IMG/VR virus record: IMGVR_UViG_3300023179_000084
Source of the DNA: an uncultured virus (IMG/VR IMGVR_UViG_3300023179_000084)
Taxonomy: Duplodnaviria > Heunggongvirae > Uroviricota > Caudoviricetes
Length of the DNA stretch: 64,000 nt
Direction: 5' to 3' (one strand)
This document shows positions 22,683 through 33,103 of this stretch, piece after piece; positions within the stretch are counted from its first letter, which is position 1; each line of letters opens with the position of its first letter. The notes below the pieces were generated by a model that had not been told where the DNA came from, did not search any database, and saw nothing but the letters and a program-made list of their open reading frames with translations. Position numbers and translations under genes: made by a program.

Positions 22683-23904
22683 ATTAGCAACTATTATATG
22701 TGGTGATGTTATTGGTTATAGTAGCTTAATGCAAAAAGATGAAATAGGCACACTACAAAAATTAGATAAGTGTCGTAGTATAATTGATCCACTAATTAAT
22801 AAATATCGTGGCAGACTATTTAATACTGGCGGTGATAGTGTATTTGTAGAGTTTGCCAGTGCTGTTGATGCTGTTAAATTTAGTATTAACATGCAAGATG
22901 AAATGTACAAATTAAATAATAGTATGCGTTGGCGTATAGGTATGCATATAGGAGAAGTTTGGATATATGGTACTAACTTAATGGGTGATGCTGTTAATCT
23001 AGCTGCTCGTACAGAAAGTCTAGCTGATTATGGTGGTGTTACTATGACACAATCAGTTTATGATTTAGTAAAAGGTAAGTTAAAAGAATACAAATACATT
23101 AGCCGTGGTAAACAAGAATTTAAAAATGTTGATCCAATGGAAATATGGAGTATAGTACTTTCATATGCAGAGCCTAATCCACACTTAAACAAAGCACCAA
23201 AAGTTAAAAATAACACACTAACTAAAAGTCATAGAGAACTTATAGCTGCTATAGTAAATGATCAAGCAGCTAGAAATAAAACTATAGCAGATGCTCAAAA
23301 TTTTAAACGTAATAAAAATTTTAATGCAGCTACTAGAATATTGATGTGGCGTATTAGTAAACAAGATAGTGAAGCACTAAATGAGTTAATTGATATGTTT
23401 CAAAAAAATCTAGTTACACAAGAACTAAAGCCTTATGTTTTAGCAGTATTTGGTGAATTTTGTCAAAATACCAAGAGCGAAACAGCAATAAAAATAGCTG
23501 ATCTAGTGTTACAAGATAGCGAAACTTTAAGTATTAAACTTTTACAACAAGCTGCAATAGTTAATGAAGAAGCTAGTTATAAATTAGCTATGTTAATATT
23601 TAATAATTCTAATAGTAGTACTAGTGAAATTAACAGTGTTATAGCAGATCTACAAGAAAGTGCTATGAAACGTAAAGTACCAGCTATGCTTAGTTTAGGT
23701 AAGTATTATTTAAAGTTACAAGATAATAAAAATGCTTTTCGTTGGCTCTATGCTGCTCGTGCAGAACATAGTGCTGAAGCACAAAAACTACTAGAAGCAT
23801 TAAACAAAAATATTAGCAAAGCTGAGTTTAATAATTTTAAAACAGATGCTGATGCACTAGTAGATCAAATTAAATTTATGGATGATAACAGGATGAAACA
23901 ATGA
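22672..23904 (+). CDS. Class III adenylate/guanylate cyclase domain with helical (Sel1/TPR-like) C-terminus
   Basis: GDVIGYS, GGDS, RIGMHIGEV, GDAVNLAAR. Confidence 0.85.
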   Translation: METKLATIICGDVIGYSSLMQKDEIGTLQKLDKCRSIIDPLINKYRGRLFNTGGDSVFVEFASAVDAVKFSINMQDEMYKLNNSMRWRIGMHIGEVWIYGTNLMGDAVNLAARTESLADYGGVTMTQSVYDLVKGKLKEYKYISRGKQEFKNVDPMEIWSIVLSYAEPNPHLNKAPKVKNNTLTKSHRELIAAIVNDQAARNKTIADAQNFKRNKNFNAATRILMWRISKQDSEALNELIDMFQKNLVTQELKPYVLAVFGEFCQNTKSETAIKIADLVLQDSETLSIKLLQQAAIVNEEASYKLAMLIFNNSNSSTSEINSVIADLQESAMKRKVPAMLSLGKYYLKLQDNKNAFRWLYAARAEHSAEAQKLLEALNKNISKAEFNNFKTDADALVDQIKFMDDNRMKQ

Positions 23905-24347
23905 GTACAGATTCACTACCAGTATGTTTAACTTATCAAGAGTTAAATTTTAAAAATCATTTAACTTGTATAGAATATGCTGAATTAGGGCCAGCAGATC
24001 CTAGAGAGTCAAGTACTAGTTATTGGCAGAATAAAGCATTATTATGGGCAGTACCAGATGGAGTAGCACGCACAAGATTGTGCATGAATTGTGCACACTA
24101 TAATAATGATCCAGAAATAGTAGCGCTAATACCTTCTAGTCCTGGCGGACAGTTAAAAGCTAGTGATCTTCCAGTTATGCCAAAATGGGCAGATATACAA
24201 GGTATGCCTACTGCTGTATGTACTAGATGGTCTATTACTTGTTCAGCGTTACGTACTTGTAATGATTGGGAAGACCCTAATTTAGATCCTAATAATGCAA
24301 ATATAAAATTTGTAACACCAGATAAAAATGAGGTATCAGATGGCTAA
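23901..24347 (+). CDS. Cys-rich hypothetical protein
   Basis: CMNC...C...C...C pattern. Confidence 0.55.
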   Translation: MSTDSLPVCLTYQELNFKNHLTCIEYAELGPADPRESSTSYWQNKALLWAVPDGVARTRLCMNCAHYNNDPEIVALIPSSPGGQLKASDLPVMPKWADIQGMPTAVCTRWSITCSALRTCNDWEDPNLDPNNANIKFVTPDKNEVSDG

Positions 24348-24972
24348 AACTTATAAACCAACTACTGGCATGGCTAGTGCTGCTCGCAGAGCGCTTAAAT
24401 GGAAAGAGGAAGGTAGGGCAGGCGGTACTCTAGTAGGTTTAGCCAGAGCTAATCAACTAAAAGATCGTGATCCACTAAGTGCAAGTACTGTATTACGTAT
24501 GTATAGCTTTTTTAGCCGTCATGAAGTAGATAAACGTGCAACTGGATTTAATAGTGGAGAAGAAGGTTTTCCTAGTAAAGGCCGTGTAGCCTGGGATCTT
24601 TGGGGCGGCGATGGTGGTTATACATGGAGTAGCGCAAAACGAGATCAAATTATGCGTGAACGAGAATCAAAAGCACTACAGCTAGTAAAATTAGCAAATA
24701 AAGGTATAATTCCGTATACAGATAGAATAGTTATTGCACAAGTTCTAGAAGATTATGCTAATAATAATATTAGTCAAGAATTAGAAGCATTTGGACAATT
24801 TATGTATCATGCTGAACTACTTAGAAATGATCATTTAGATGTATACTTATTTGATTTACATATGGTAGATCAACCTTATCGTGATATATTAATTGATGTA
24901 TTTAGTCAACTTCATAACATGGGTGATATGACTATAGACGAAGAAGATAGTATACTAGATACACCACTATAA
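24340..24972 (+). CDS. Conserved phage protein (RMYSFFSRH / AWDLWGG family)
   Basis: ORF with recognisable phage motif; GAGG RBS. Confidence 0.6.
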   Translation: MAKTYKPTTGMASAARRALKWKEEGRAGGTLVGLARANQLKDRDPLSASTVLRMYSFFSRHEVDKRATGFNSGEEGFPSKGRVAWDLWGGDGGYTWSSAKRDQIMRERESKALQLVKLANKGIIPYTDRIVIAQVLEDYANNNISQELEAFGQFMYHAELLRNDHLDVYLFDLHMVDQPYRDILIDVFSQLHNMGDMTIDEEDSILDTPL

Positions 24973-25013
24973 AATAAAAAACCCAGTAGATTTATTCTAC
25001 TGGGTTTTTTATT
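24973..25013. terminator. Bidirectional rho-independent terminator between convergent arms
   Basis: A-tract CCCAGTAGA...TCTACTGGG T-tract. Confidence 0.9.
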
Positions 25014-25192
25014 TATTGTACTACTTCTAAATTAGGTGTTACTTTATCCTGTTTATTTAATTGTTCTTGAGCTTGTTGCTGAAGTTTAGCGGTTAGTGGA
25101 TTAGAGATTTTAGCAGGTAATTCTTGTAATCCAGCTAAAATTATATTTGCTTCTTCATAAGTTATTTTAAAATTAAACTCTATATTATTCAT
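25013..25192 (-). CDS. Small hypothetical protein
   Basis: ORF coupled to the nrdJ stop. Confidence 0.55.
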   Translation of the reverse strand: MNNIEFNFKITYEEANIILAGLQELPAKISNPLTAKLQQQAQEQLNKQDKVTPNLEVVQ

Positions 25193-27153
25193 TTTACGGG
25201 GCAAACTCCTGATATGCATTCATCATCTAATAATTCGTCAAAACTGTTAGCACTTTCAATATCAATTGATTTTAAATTGTAAACATAGTCTTTATAAGTT
25301 TTTTCATCTACAACTTCTTGTGGAAGGTAAAGATAACCTAAATCTTGAGCAGTTTTAGTAGGATCTGTTCTATAAATAAAACTAACCCCTACATAACAAT
25401 CCCAGTTATTTAACAACCAGTCAATAATCTCTGTAACCTCACTAGGATCATAACTAATAGTTACCGATGTGTTTTGTTGTGCCCAACTAGTTTGTAGTAA
25501 TTTATAGCGTTCTAGTTGATAAACAGCACTTTCAAGATTAACTTCTTTACCGTTTTCCTTATGAAAAGGTACATCTTTCCACTCTACTGGAAATGTTACT
25601 AGTACACCGGTTGGATCTGTAGGGTGATTAATTACTTTATAGCCACTATCTCGTAGTAGTGGAATCATAGGATCATAAGTACTAAATTGTACATTGTTAA
25701 AAATATACTTTCCTAGGGGCTTATGTACGCCTTCAGTACAATCCATAATTTTTGACAGTGTTCCACTAGGTTTAATACAAGTAACATTCTTAGGACTAGG
25801 TAAACCTAGTTCATCAGCCATTGAAATGGCACTTGATGTAGCAGTGCGCTTTAAATATTCATAGTCATAACTAGTCATATCTGGGCGCATAGCAATACCT
25901 GTTAATCCTACTCCACAGAGACGTAAGAAATAGTTGTTAAGGTGCCAAGCTTCTTGTAAGATCCCGTCTTTAAGATTAACACAGGTTTGACGATAATTTG
26001 CCCTGGCAGCCAATCTGATCGCATCGTGTAATCCTGCGGTATTACCTTTAAACTTGGAGATATCCGTTTCTGTAAGGTTACAGAAGCTTTTGTTTCCCAA
26101 CAAGATTTCAACACAAGGATTTGCTCCTTTAAACCACGGAGCACGTCTAAGAGCTTCTTGTTCATTAATAAATCCTGGTTCACTACCACCAGCCTCTAGC
26201 ATAAGATTAAAAATTTCTTTTAACTCTTGGCGTGTTGGCTTTTCTTTGAATACTAGGCTGTTATTTGATTGTTGACGATGTTCTCGATTATACAGCCAAA
26301 AATCTTTTTTAGCTACTGCAAATTCTTGCCATTCCGGTTGACCATAGTCAAAAAGAGCAATTTCAGCACTTCTACGACTGGATAAGATCGTTCCAAGATG
26401 ATTAATAATATCAAGAATATCCATCCTAGTAAGAAGGCTATCAGCCCGACCATTAAGAATGTTGGCAATTGCAACATAAGCTTTTGAGATAGCACTATCA
26501 CCGCTTGAAATCCACCCATATCCTTTTAATCTTTCACCGGCAGGTCTTAATTGACTAAAATCAAGTATAAGAGTATTAGCAGGATACTTGCCCGCAAGAA
26601 GCTTTCCAATAGATTTGGCCCACGCTTCAGCACTGTCTCCAATTTGTATAGTCCAAGTTTTTGTTGCTGCATCCCAGGTTTCAACATTGTATTCAAGTCC
26701 ACCCTTAGCTGTTCGTTGACTTTTAACAACTTGAATATTTTTAATTGGTTTTGAGAATCCATTTAGTGTACCTACAATAGGTTTAAATCCTACTCCGCAT
26801 CCTTGAAGTAATAACCATAATACATCAACTACATCATATACTGTTTCTACATGAGTAAAACTACAATTAAATTGACTAGCTTCTCTAGTTTTAGCTACTG
26901 TTGTACCACCTAACCAAAGTGTACGCCCAGCCATTAATACTTTACGTTCCAGCATTAATTTTTCTAGTTCATCTAATTCTTCTACCTCATGAAAGTAGAG
27001 CTGACGACCAACTGCTCGCTCCCATAGCCAATGTTGATGATCCTTAACTCGCCTAACAGTTTGCTGCCAGTTTTCAAACTGTTTACCATCATCACTAGTT
27101 GGCCTATTATAAGTTCGTCTAGTAATTACTTGTGCGCGTGTGCTTACTTGCAT
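25189..27153 (-). CDS. nrdJ: Class II (adenosylcobalamin-dependent) ribonucleotide reductase, monomeric type
   Basis: RRTYNR, GRTLW, FNC, NPCVE, KPSGT, C-terminal C...CPVK. Confidence 0.9.
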   Translation of the reverse strand: MQVSTRAQVITRRTYNRPTSDDGKQFENWQQTVRRVKDHQHWLWERAVGRQLYFHEVEELDELEKLMLERKVLMAGRTLWLGGTTVAKTREASQFNCSFTHVETVYDVVDVLWLLLQGCGVGFKPIVGTLNGFSKPIKNIQVVKSQRTAKGGLEYNVETWDAATKTWTIQIGDSAEAWAKSIGKLLAGKYPANTLILDFSQLRPAGERLKGYGWISSGDSAISKAYVAIANILNGRADSLLTRMDILDIINHLGTILSSRRSAEIALFDYGQPEWQEFAVAKKDFWLYNREHRQQSNNSLVFKEKPTRQELKEIFNLMLEAGGSEPGFINEQEALRRAPWFKGANPCVEILLGNKSFCNLTETDISKFKGNTAGLHDAIRLAARANYRQTCVNLKDGILQEAWHLNNYFLRLCGVGLTGIAMRPDMTSYDYEYLKRTATSSAISMADELGLPSPKNVTCIKPSGTLSKIMDCTEGVHKPLGKYIFNNVQFSTYDPMIPLLRDSGYKVINHPTDPTGVLVTFPVEWKDVPFHKENGKEVNLESAVYQLERYKLLQTSWAQQNTSVTISYDPSEVTEIIDWLLNNWDCYVGVSFIYRTDPTKTAQDLGYLYLPQEVVDEKTYKDYVYNLKSIDIESANSFDELLDDECISGVCPVK

Positions 27154-27161
27154 AATATCTC

Positions 27162-27590
27162 CTATTTTCCAGTACTGCCAAATCCTCCAGTACCACGTTT
27201 TGTATCATTCCAGCTATCAACAAAATCACAAATAATTATGGGAATAATTACTAGTTGTGCAATTCTGTCACCTATATTAATTTCATACTTATCTTCGCCA
27301 ATATTTTTTAGTGCTATTTTTATATTTCCACGATAGTCACTATCAATAACGCCTACGGAGTTAAGTAGTATAATTCCCTTTTTGCCTTGTCCCGATCTAT
27401 TAAATACTAACCCAGCAAAGCCCTCTGGAATTTTTACAGCTACACCAGTATCAACAAGTTTTGTTTCACCAGGATAAATATCTAAAGTTTCGGTGCTGCG
27501 TAAATCTGCTCCTGCGTCAGTAGGATTGGATCGTTTTGGTAAGTAGGCTGCGTTGTCTACTCTACACTCAATTTCTTTTATTTTAAACAT
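27162..27590 (-). CDS. dut: dUTPase (trimeric)
   Basis: AGADL, RSG, GVIDSDYRG, RIAQL, RGTGGFGSTG. Confidence 0.95.
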   Translation of the reverse strand: MFKIKEIECRVDNAAYLPKRSNPTDAGADLRSTETLDIYPGETKLVDTGVAVKIPEGFAGLVFNRSGQGKKGIILLNSVGVIDSDYRGNIKIALKNIGEDKYEINIGDRIAQLVIIPIIICDFVDSWNDTKRGTGGFGSTGK

Positions 27591-28414
27591 AGTTTTAGTG
27601 TTTCATCAATTTGTTTACAATTTTCAGTACCTATTGCATCACTACAATAGGTTACTAAATCCATTAGTTGATAATTAAGCATTAATTGTGTTTTTGATTG
27701 ATTAATGGCTTCAATATATTTGTATTTACCACTGATTGGAATACTGTTAATAATATCCCAAGTAGTACCATATTCTTCGATTAATTGTTGTGCACGTTTA
27801 GGTCCAACTCCAGCTACACCAGGAACATTGTCGCCACTATCACCTATAAGGCATTTAATATGAATATATTGTTCTGGTTCAAATGTATAGTGATCTGTCC
27901 AGTTTTCCCAAGTAATTTCTTTTCTGGTAATATAGCTAAATCTTGATGTATTAGGTTTAATTAATAAATCCCAATCTTTATCGCTTGAAATTAGCCATAT
28001 TTGATCAATTTGTAGTCGATGTTGTTTGGCCACAATATAAGCAGCAATATCATCAGCTTCTACACCTTGAAATTTTAATACTGGATAATATTCCGTTAAT
28101 AATTCTAATGTTTTACTAAAATCTTCAAAAAATAATTCAAATTCTAATTTTTCAGCTTCTGTTTGTTGTTCATATTTATCTTTACGATTTTGCTTGTAAT
28201 TAGCATAAATAGTTTTACGATAACTACTAGATCCTTGATCTGCAGCTATAATTACATTTTGTGCACGATAGCTTTTTGCTAAACTTTCTACAGTATGTAA
28301 ATAATCTTCTGCAAAATCTTTAGCTTTACTATGTTTATAGCGAAATGCAAGATTAAGTGCATCAACTATCATTAGTGTTTTATTTGTAAGTTCAAACTGT
28401 TTAAATGTTTTCAT
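27578..28414 (-). CDS. D15: 5'-3' exonuclease / flap endonuclease (T5 D15-like)
   Basis: YKQNR, EADD, SSDKD, GDSGDNVPGVAGVGPK. Confidence 0.9.
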   Translation of the reverse strand: MKTFKQFELTNKTLMIVDALNLAFRYKHSKAKDFAEDYLHTVESLAKSYRAQNVIIAADQGSSSYRKTIYANYKQNRKDKYEQQTEAEKLEFELFFEDFSKTLELLTEYYPVLKFQGVEADDIAAYIVAKQHRLQIDQIWLISSDKDWDLLIKPNTSRFSYITRKEITWENWTDHYTFEPEQYIHIKCLIGDSGDNVPGVAGVGPKRAQQLIEEYGTTWDIINSIPISGKYKYIEAINQSKTQLMLNYQLMDLVTYCSDAIGTENCKQIDETLKLCLK

Positions 28415-28437
28415 ATTATTTTAATGTGTAATTTATT

Positions 28438-28466
28438 ATTATAACACTATTGATAACAAAAGTCAA
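28438..28466 (-). promoter_or_regulatory. sigma70-type promoter
   Basis: TTGACT-17-TATAAT. Confidence 0.75.
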
Positions 28467-28921
28467 TCTATAAATTTAGTTTTGCTATTCTGAAGCCAAT
28501 CTTCTAGTAAAAACATATAGAATTCATAATTTTGTGAATAAAATAATAACCACCGTTTTTCCATCATATTATCACAAACAATACTTGTAGCACCAAATAA
28601 TTTGCTGCGATCATATTTAAATATTAATAGCGGCATTTTATCTACTTGATGTGCTTGACGTTGTGTTTGCTGCCACCACTCCAAAATTTGTGGAGTTTTA
28701 TGTGTTAGTAATCCACTGTTAATATGATCTTCTGCATAACCTTTTACTTCAACACAATATAAATTATTTTTACTAGGTATATATAAATCTCCTTTTAATC
28801 CATGTTTAGGATCTAGTGCGCCACTACTAGGAACTCGTTCCCAGGGTAAACCAGTATATTTACGAAGCATATCTCGCGCTAATATCTCTGTTCTATTGCC
28901 TTTAGCCCTACTATCTACCAC
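28463..28921 (-). CDS. D14: T5 D14-like nuclease (Holliday junction resolvase fold)
   Basis: DSRAKG...ERVPSSGA...GD...VEVK; synteny. Confidence 0.8.
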   Translation of the reverse strand: MVDSRAKGNRTEILARDMLRKYTGLPWERVPSSGALDPKHGLKGDLYIPSKNNLYCVEVKGYAEDHINSGLLTHKTPQILEWWQQTQRQAHQVDKMPLLIFKYDRSKLFGATSIVCDNMMEKRWLLFYSQNYEFYMFLLEDWLQNSKTKFID

Positions 28922-29081
28922 TTGTAGCCTCATTAACATGTTTAGCCAACTTAGTCCAATCTATATATCCTTTACTATCTGTATATAAACTAGTTATTTC
29001 AAGTTGTTCTATTTTTTCGGTTTCTAATTCATGCTTTTTATTGTATTTATTTAATACTTTTTCATAATATTTAGCACGCAT
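28911..29081 (-). CDS. Hypothetical protein
   Basis: ORF within the operon. Confidence 0.5.
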   Translation of the reverse strand: MRAKYYEKVLNKYNKKHELETEKIEQLEITSLYTDSKGYIDWTKLAKHVNEATSGR

Positions 29082-29085
29082 GATA

Positions 29086-30888
29086 TTATCTTTCAATGCG
29101 AGATATATTAGCATGTTTAATAACATTTACTTTCTCTAAAAGTGGGTGACTAAATCCATGCGACACTAAAAATGTATTAAGATGTTCTTCTTCTAGTAAT
29201 ACTTCTACAAGTTTTTCTTTACCATCTATATCTAGTGCTTCTACTGTTTCATCTAAAATTAATAAATTAATTCTGCTACTTGATAATGTTTGCATTAATT
29301 TGCGTATAGCTAGTAATGTGGCTACATTTACACGGGCTTTTTCACCGCCACTAAGTGCATTAATATCAATATCTTTTCCATTATCAGTAATTACTACTAA
29401 TAATTTATCGCTGCTATTTACTTTAAAACTAATTTGAAATCTTCCATCACTAAGATCAACTAAATATCCATTAGTAATTAATTCTAGATCTTTAACTAAA
29501 CATTCAATTTTATATGCTACTAATCCTGTTGTTGAAAATGTTTTTGTAAGTACTTGAAGTATACTCATACGTTCTGTCATTAAATGTAGCTGAAAGCTAT
29601 ATTCTTCTAATTCTTCTTTCATTTCTTCAAGCTGTTGACGAATAGTATCTATTTTACTATTGTGTGCTTGTATTCGAATATTTTCATCCTCAGCTAATTT
29701 AATACGCTGTTTAGTTTCTTGTATAGTTCTAGCTAAATTATCATATTGATTTTCTAATTCATTTTTATCTAGTGTTTTTGTTGGTAATATATTGTCAATT
29801 AATTGATGCAGTCTTTCAAAATCTTGTTGTGCTTTTAAAGTTTCTTTATATTGTTTATCTAATTTTTCTAGTTCATTACGTTTAATTAATGCAGCAGCAG
29901 CACTAGCTCTAGCCATTTCAACTTCATAATCTTTAGTTTTAATTAATTCTTGAGTTTTTGTACTGTCAATGTGACTAAAACAAGTAGGACATATACCACT
30001 TAAATTTTTTAGTTTCTTTATAAATAATTCACCGTCTTTTACGGTTTTCATATTTTCTGTTTGTTCTTCTTGTAGTTTATTAATTTCTTTTAAATCTACA
30101 GTTTTACAACTAGAAAAATCTAAATTAATTATACTAAGTTGTTGTTTATAAGTATTATTTTGTATAATTTTACGATTTGTTTTATCTAGATTAGCAATTT
30201 CTAGACCAATTTCAGCACATTTAGTTTCTAGTTTACTATCTAAAGTTTCTACTAAATTAAGATTTTTTGGTGTTAAATCAGTTTTTTCATACTTATCTAG
30301 CCAGCTCCTAACAGTATTAACTTTAGCTTGTGTACTACTAATTTCTTTACCTAGTTCTAAGGAAATATCTTTAAATACTTCGCTAGCTTTAGTATACTTA
30401 CTAAGATTTAATATTTCTATAAGAAATTTTTTGCGGGCCGTATCTGCACTTGTTAAAAATTCTAAACTCATAGCATTACTTTGATATACTATTTGTGCAA
30501 AACTTTTATGATCAATGCCTATTATATCTTCAATAATTTTATAAGTTTGTGTAGCGGTATGTGCACTAATATCTTTACCATTTTTTAATAATTTAACAGT
30601 TTGAGTTGTTCCACGAGTAGTTTTTATACTATACTCATTTTCATCACGATTTAAATCAAGTTCAATAGTATATGTTTTATCTTTAACATATCTATTAAGA
30701 ATATCACTTTTTTTAATATTTTTACTATTTTTATTAAACAATACTTCTTCTAATATAAGTGCAATACTACTTTTACCATGACCATTTTTACCTACAAGCT
30801 GTGTTAGTGGAGATTTTAAAAAATTTATAGTATTATTACTACCATAACTAAAACAATTACTCCAGCGCAATTCTTTAATTGTTATCAT
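29086..30888 (-). CDS. D13: SbcC/Rad50-like recombination ATPase (T5 D13-like)
   Basis: GKNGHGKS, CPTC zinc hook, LSGGE, LILDE. Confidence 0.9.
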   Translation of the reverse strand: MITIKELRWSNCFSYGSNNTINFLKSPLTQLVGKNGHGKSSIALILEEVLFNKNSKNIKKSDILNRYVKDKTYTIELDLNRDENEYSIKTTRGTTQTVKLLKNGKDISAHTATQTYKIIEDIIGIDHKSFAQIVYQSNAMSLEFLTSADTARKKFLIEILNLSKYTKASEVFKDISLELGKEISSTQAKVNTVRSWLDKYEKTDLTPKNLNLVETLDSKLETKCAEIGLEIANLDKTNRKIIQNNTYKQQLSIINLDFSSCKTVDLKEINKLQEEQTENMKTVKDGELFIKKLKNLSGICPTCFSHIDSTKTQELIKTKDYEVEMARASAAAALIKRNELEKLDKQYKETLKAQQDFERLHQLIDNILPTKTLDKNELENQYDNLARTIQETKQRIKLAEDENIRIQAHNSKIDTIRQQLEEMKEELEEYSFQLHLMTERMSILQVLTKTFSTTGLVAYKIECLVKDLELITNGYLVDLSDGRFQISFKVNSSDKLLVVITDNGKDIDINALSGGEKARVNVATLLAIRKLMQTLSSSRINLLILDETVEALDIDGKEKLVEVLLEEEHLNTFLVSHGFSHPLLEKVNVIKHANISRIER

Positions 30889-31054
30889 TGCTCCAAAACT
30901 TCCGTTTATTTAAATAACCTAATTGTTCTATTAACAGTATTATATCAACAGCATTTTCAAATTCTAGCTGCCAACAGTCTTGCGAACCATGTTTACGTTC
31001 AGCAAGTATTTTAGCAACATAGTAAAAATTAGGATGATAATCTGTGTTAATCAT
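30875..31054 (-). CDS. Small hypothetical protein (59 aa)
   Basis: MINTDYHPNFYY... fills the gap and overlaps both neighbours. Confidence 0.5.
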   Translation of the reverse strand: MINTDYHPNFYYVAKILAERKHGSQDCWQLEFENAVDIILLIEQLGYLNKRKFWSNDNN

Positions 31055-32012
31055 GCTCTATTTTATCCAGTTGATTTTGTACTTCTAGTACAGCTTTATC
31101 AATAGTTACAGCTGGAAGTTGTAGTATATATTGTAAATATTCTCTAACTTCTTCAACTAATGTCATATCATTATCCAACATAAGCTGTACATCACTGTTA
31201 CGTTTAATGACTTTTTTATCTATTAGATCACTATCTTCTAATTCGCCTAGTTCTTGTAAATCACCTTCAACTTGATAAATTGTATGATGATAAGGTGTAG
31301 GCGGTTTAGGGTCTCCAACACCTATAGTTTTTCTTATTAATTGTGGTAATTCTAGTTTAATCCAGTTATGTTCTAATGTTTCAGTATCTAAAAGTATTAT
31401 ACCAGTTTGTACAAAATCTCTGTGAAAACTGGTAGTAATAGGACTACCAGGATATAATATATTACGCTGACAATTTTCATAGCTATGTAAATCACCTGCT
31501 AATACAACGCTCCAATTATTAAAAATATCAAGATTAACTTCTGCGGTAACGTGTGGCGGTATTTCTCCACGAACATGCGTACATAATACATTACCACCTT
31601 CAGGCCAAGGATTATTTTGTTCAAAATCTTTTAGTTTATTATAAGGAACAAATTCTATTCCATAATCACTATAGTAATCGTCAATAACTATAACATTACG
31701 TTTATTACTCATTAAATTAGTGGCTTTGGCTAAATTCGTCATAAATGTAGTAGATTTTTTAACTGCTTCATGATTACCACTATATATAATAGTAGGTATT
31801 GTACAATGACTTATTAGATCAAAATAAACTTCTAATTCTTCCATATTAGGCAATTTATCAAATACATCTCCGCCTATAATAAATAAATCTGCTTTAACTT
31901 GTTGTTCAAGCAATGCTTTCCATAACAAATTATATCTATTTTTAGCCCATTCTACAGGAACATTTTTTTGACCTAATTTTATATGTATATCAGCCGTAAA
32001 AAGTATTTTCAT
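31047..32012 (-). CDS. D12: SbcD/Mre11-like nuclease (T5 D12-like)
   Basis: ADIH, GGDVFD, GNHE, GDLH. Confidence 0.9.
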   Translation of the reverse strand: MKILFTADIHIKLGQKNVPVEWAKNRYNLLWKALLEQQVKADLFIIGGDVFDKLPNMEELEVYFDLISHCTIPTIIYSGNHEAVKKSTTFMTNLAKATNLMSNKRNVIVIDDYYSDYGIEFVPYNKLKDFEQNNPWPEGGNVLCTHVRGEIPPHVTAEVNLDIFNNWSVVLAGDLHSYENCQRNILYPGSPITTSFHRDFVQTGIILLDTETLEHNWIKLELPQLIRKTIGVGDPKPPTPYHHTIYQVEGDLQELGELEDSDLIDKKVIKRNSDVQLMLDNDMTLVEEVREYLQYILQLPAVTIDKAVLEVQNQLDKIEHD

Positions 32013-32063
32013 TATTTTTCCTGTGATGAAAAAGCCCAGTAACTTTCATTACTGGGCCACTAT

Positions 32064-32702
32064 TTAACCTAATTCTTTAACAGCTTCTTGTTCGCTATCA
32101 CTACCACTATCATCATCACCCTGTTCGGCAATTTTATCTAGTAGAGCTTTAACTTCTTCTGCTGTTGGTCTAGGAAATTTTTCATCAATACTTTGTGCAG
32201 AATCAGCTAATTTTCGTTCTTCGGCACTAAGTGGTCGTGGTTTGCAGCGCAGAACTTGTAGTGTATATTCAACATTAAATGGAAGTGGGCCAGTTTTTAC
32301 ACGTTTAAATACTACATCCCAACCTGTATCATAGTCCGTAGGATCATTTAAATCTTCTGCGGCTGTAACTATTTGTTCAAATAGTTTCTTTTTAAGATTT
32401 AAGGCTTTAACCTTTCCATCCTTAGGATCTAGACAATTAATAGAATAACTCCAAGTGCAACGTAAATCCGGATAATAGTCTGGTACATAATCCTTTTCTA
32501 GATTATCAAATTTTTCCTTATCTCTACTAAATGCCAAACACTCAACCGGAATATCTTTATTGTTAGTACCCTTTAACCAGTAAATATATCTAGGAAGAAC
32601 TCCGCCAATTAATCTAACTATATTTTCGCCATCTTTATATTCATAGGTTTCTACTTTATTTGATAATGCTTTACCTTTTGTTTGTTTAAAACTAAGTGCC
32701 AT
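32064..32702 (-). CDS. D11: Single-stranded DNA-binding protein (T5 D11-like)
   Basis: Synteny; DPTDYDTGWD...KTGP motif; acidic tail. Confidence 0.8.
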   Translation of the reverse strand: MALSFKQTKGKALSNKVETYEYKDGENIVRLIGGVLPRYIYWLKGTNNKDIPVECLAFSRDKEKFDNLEKDYVPDYYPDLRCTWSYSINCLDPKDGKVKALNLKKKLFEQIVTAAEDLNDPTDYDTGWDVVFKRVKTGPLPFNVEYTLQVLRCKPRPLSAEERKLADSAQSIDEKFPRPTAEEVKALLDKIAEQGDDDSGSDSEQEAVKELG

Positions 32703-33059
32703 TTATTCCTCGTATTTGAAGTATATTTTGTTGTTTTCTGTTATTAATAGCGGATTATATTTTATTGCTTGTAAATTTAGGTCTGGAAAATAACTTAAAT
32801 CTAGATGTTTATATCCTAAATCTTTATATTGCTGATAACTTCTTCGACCCGCTAATCGTATATACTGTGCTTTAAATAGTATATCTATATTACGATCAAA
32901 GAAAAGCTGGCCAGGATTTATTAAATAACTACTTCCTGATAATTTATATTTAAATCCTTTATAATAATCTTCTAATAATTCTACTAGCTGAACTTGGCTA
33001 GAATTAGCCATAGATTCTAATTTTGCTAGATTAAATGTAAAAACATTTCTTTGATTCAT
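32703..33059 (-). CDS. Conserved T5-like hypothetical protein
   Basis: Synteny between D10 and D11. Confidence 0.6.
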   Translation of the reverse strand: MNQRNVFTFNLAKLESMANSSQVQLVELLEDYYKGFKYKLSGSSYLINPGQLFFDRNIDILFKAQYIRLAGRRSYQQYKDLGYKHLDLSYFPDLNLQAIKYNPLLITENNKIYFKYEE

Positions 33060-33064
33060 ATTAT

Positions 33065-33093
33065 ATTATATCATGACTAGATAATGATAACAA
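33065..33093 (-). promoter_or_regulatory. sigma70-type promoter
   Basis: TTGTTA-17-TATAAT. Confidence 0.65.
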
Positions 33094-33103
33094 GTTAAAA
33101 TTT

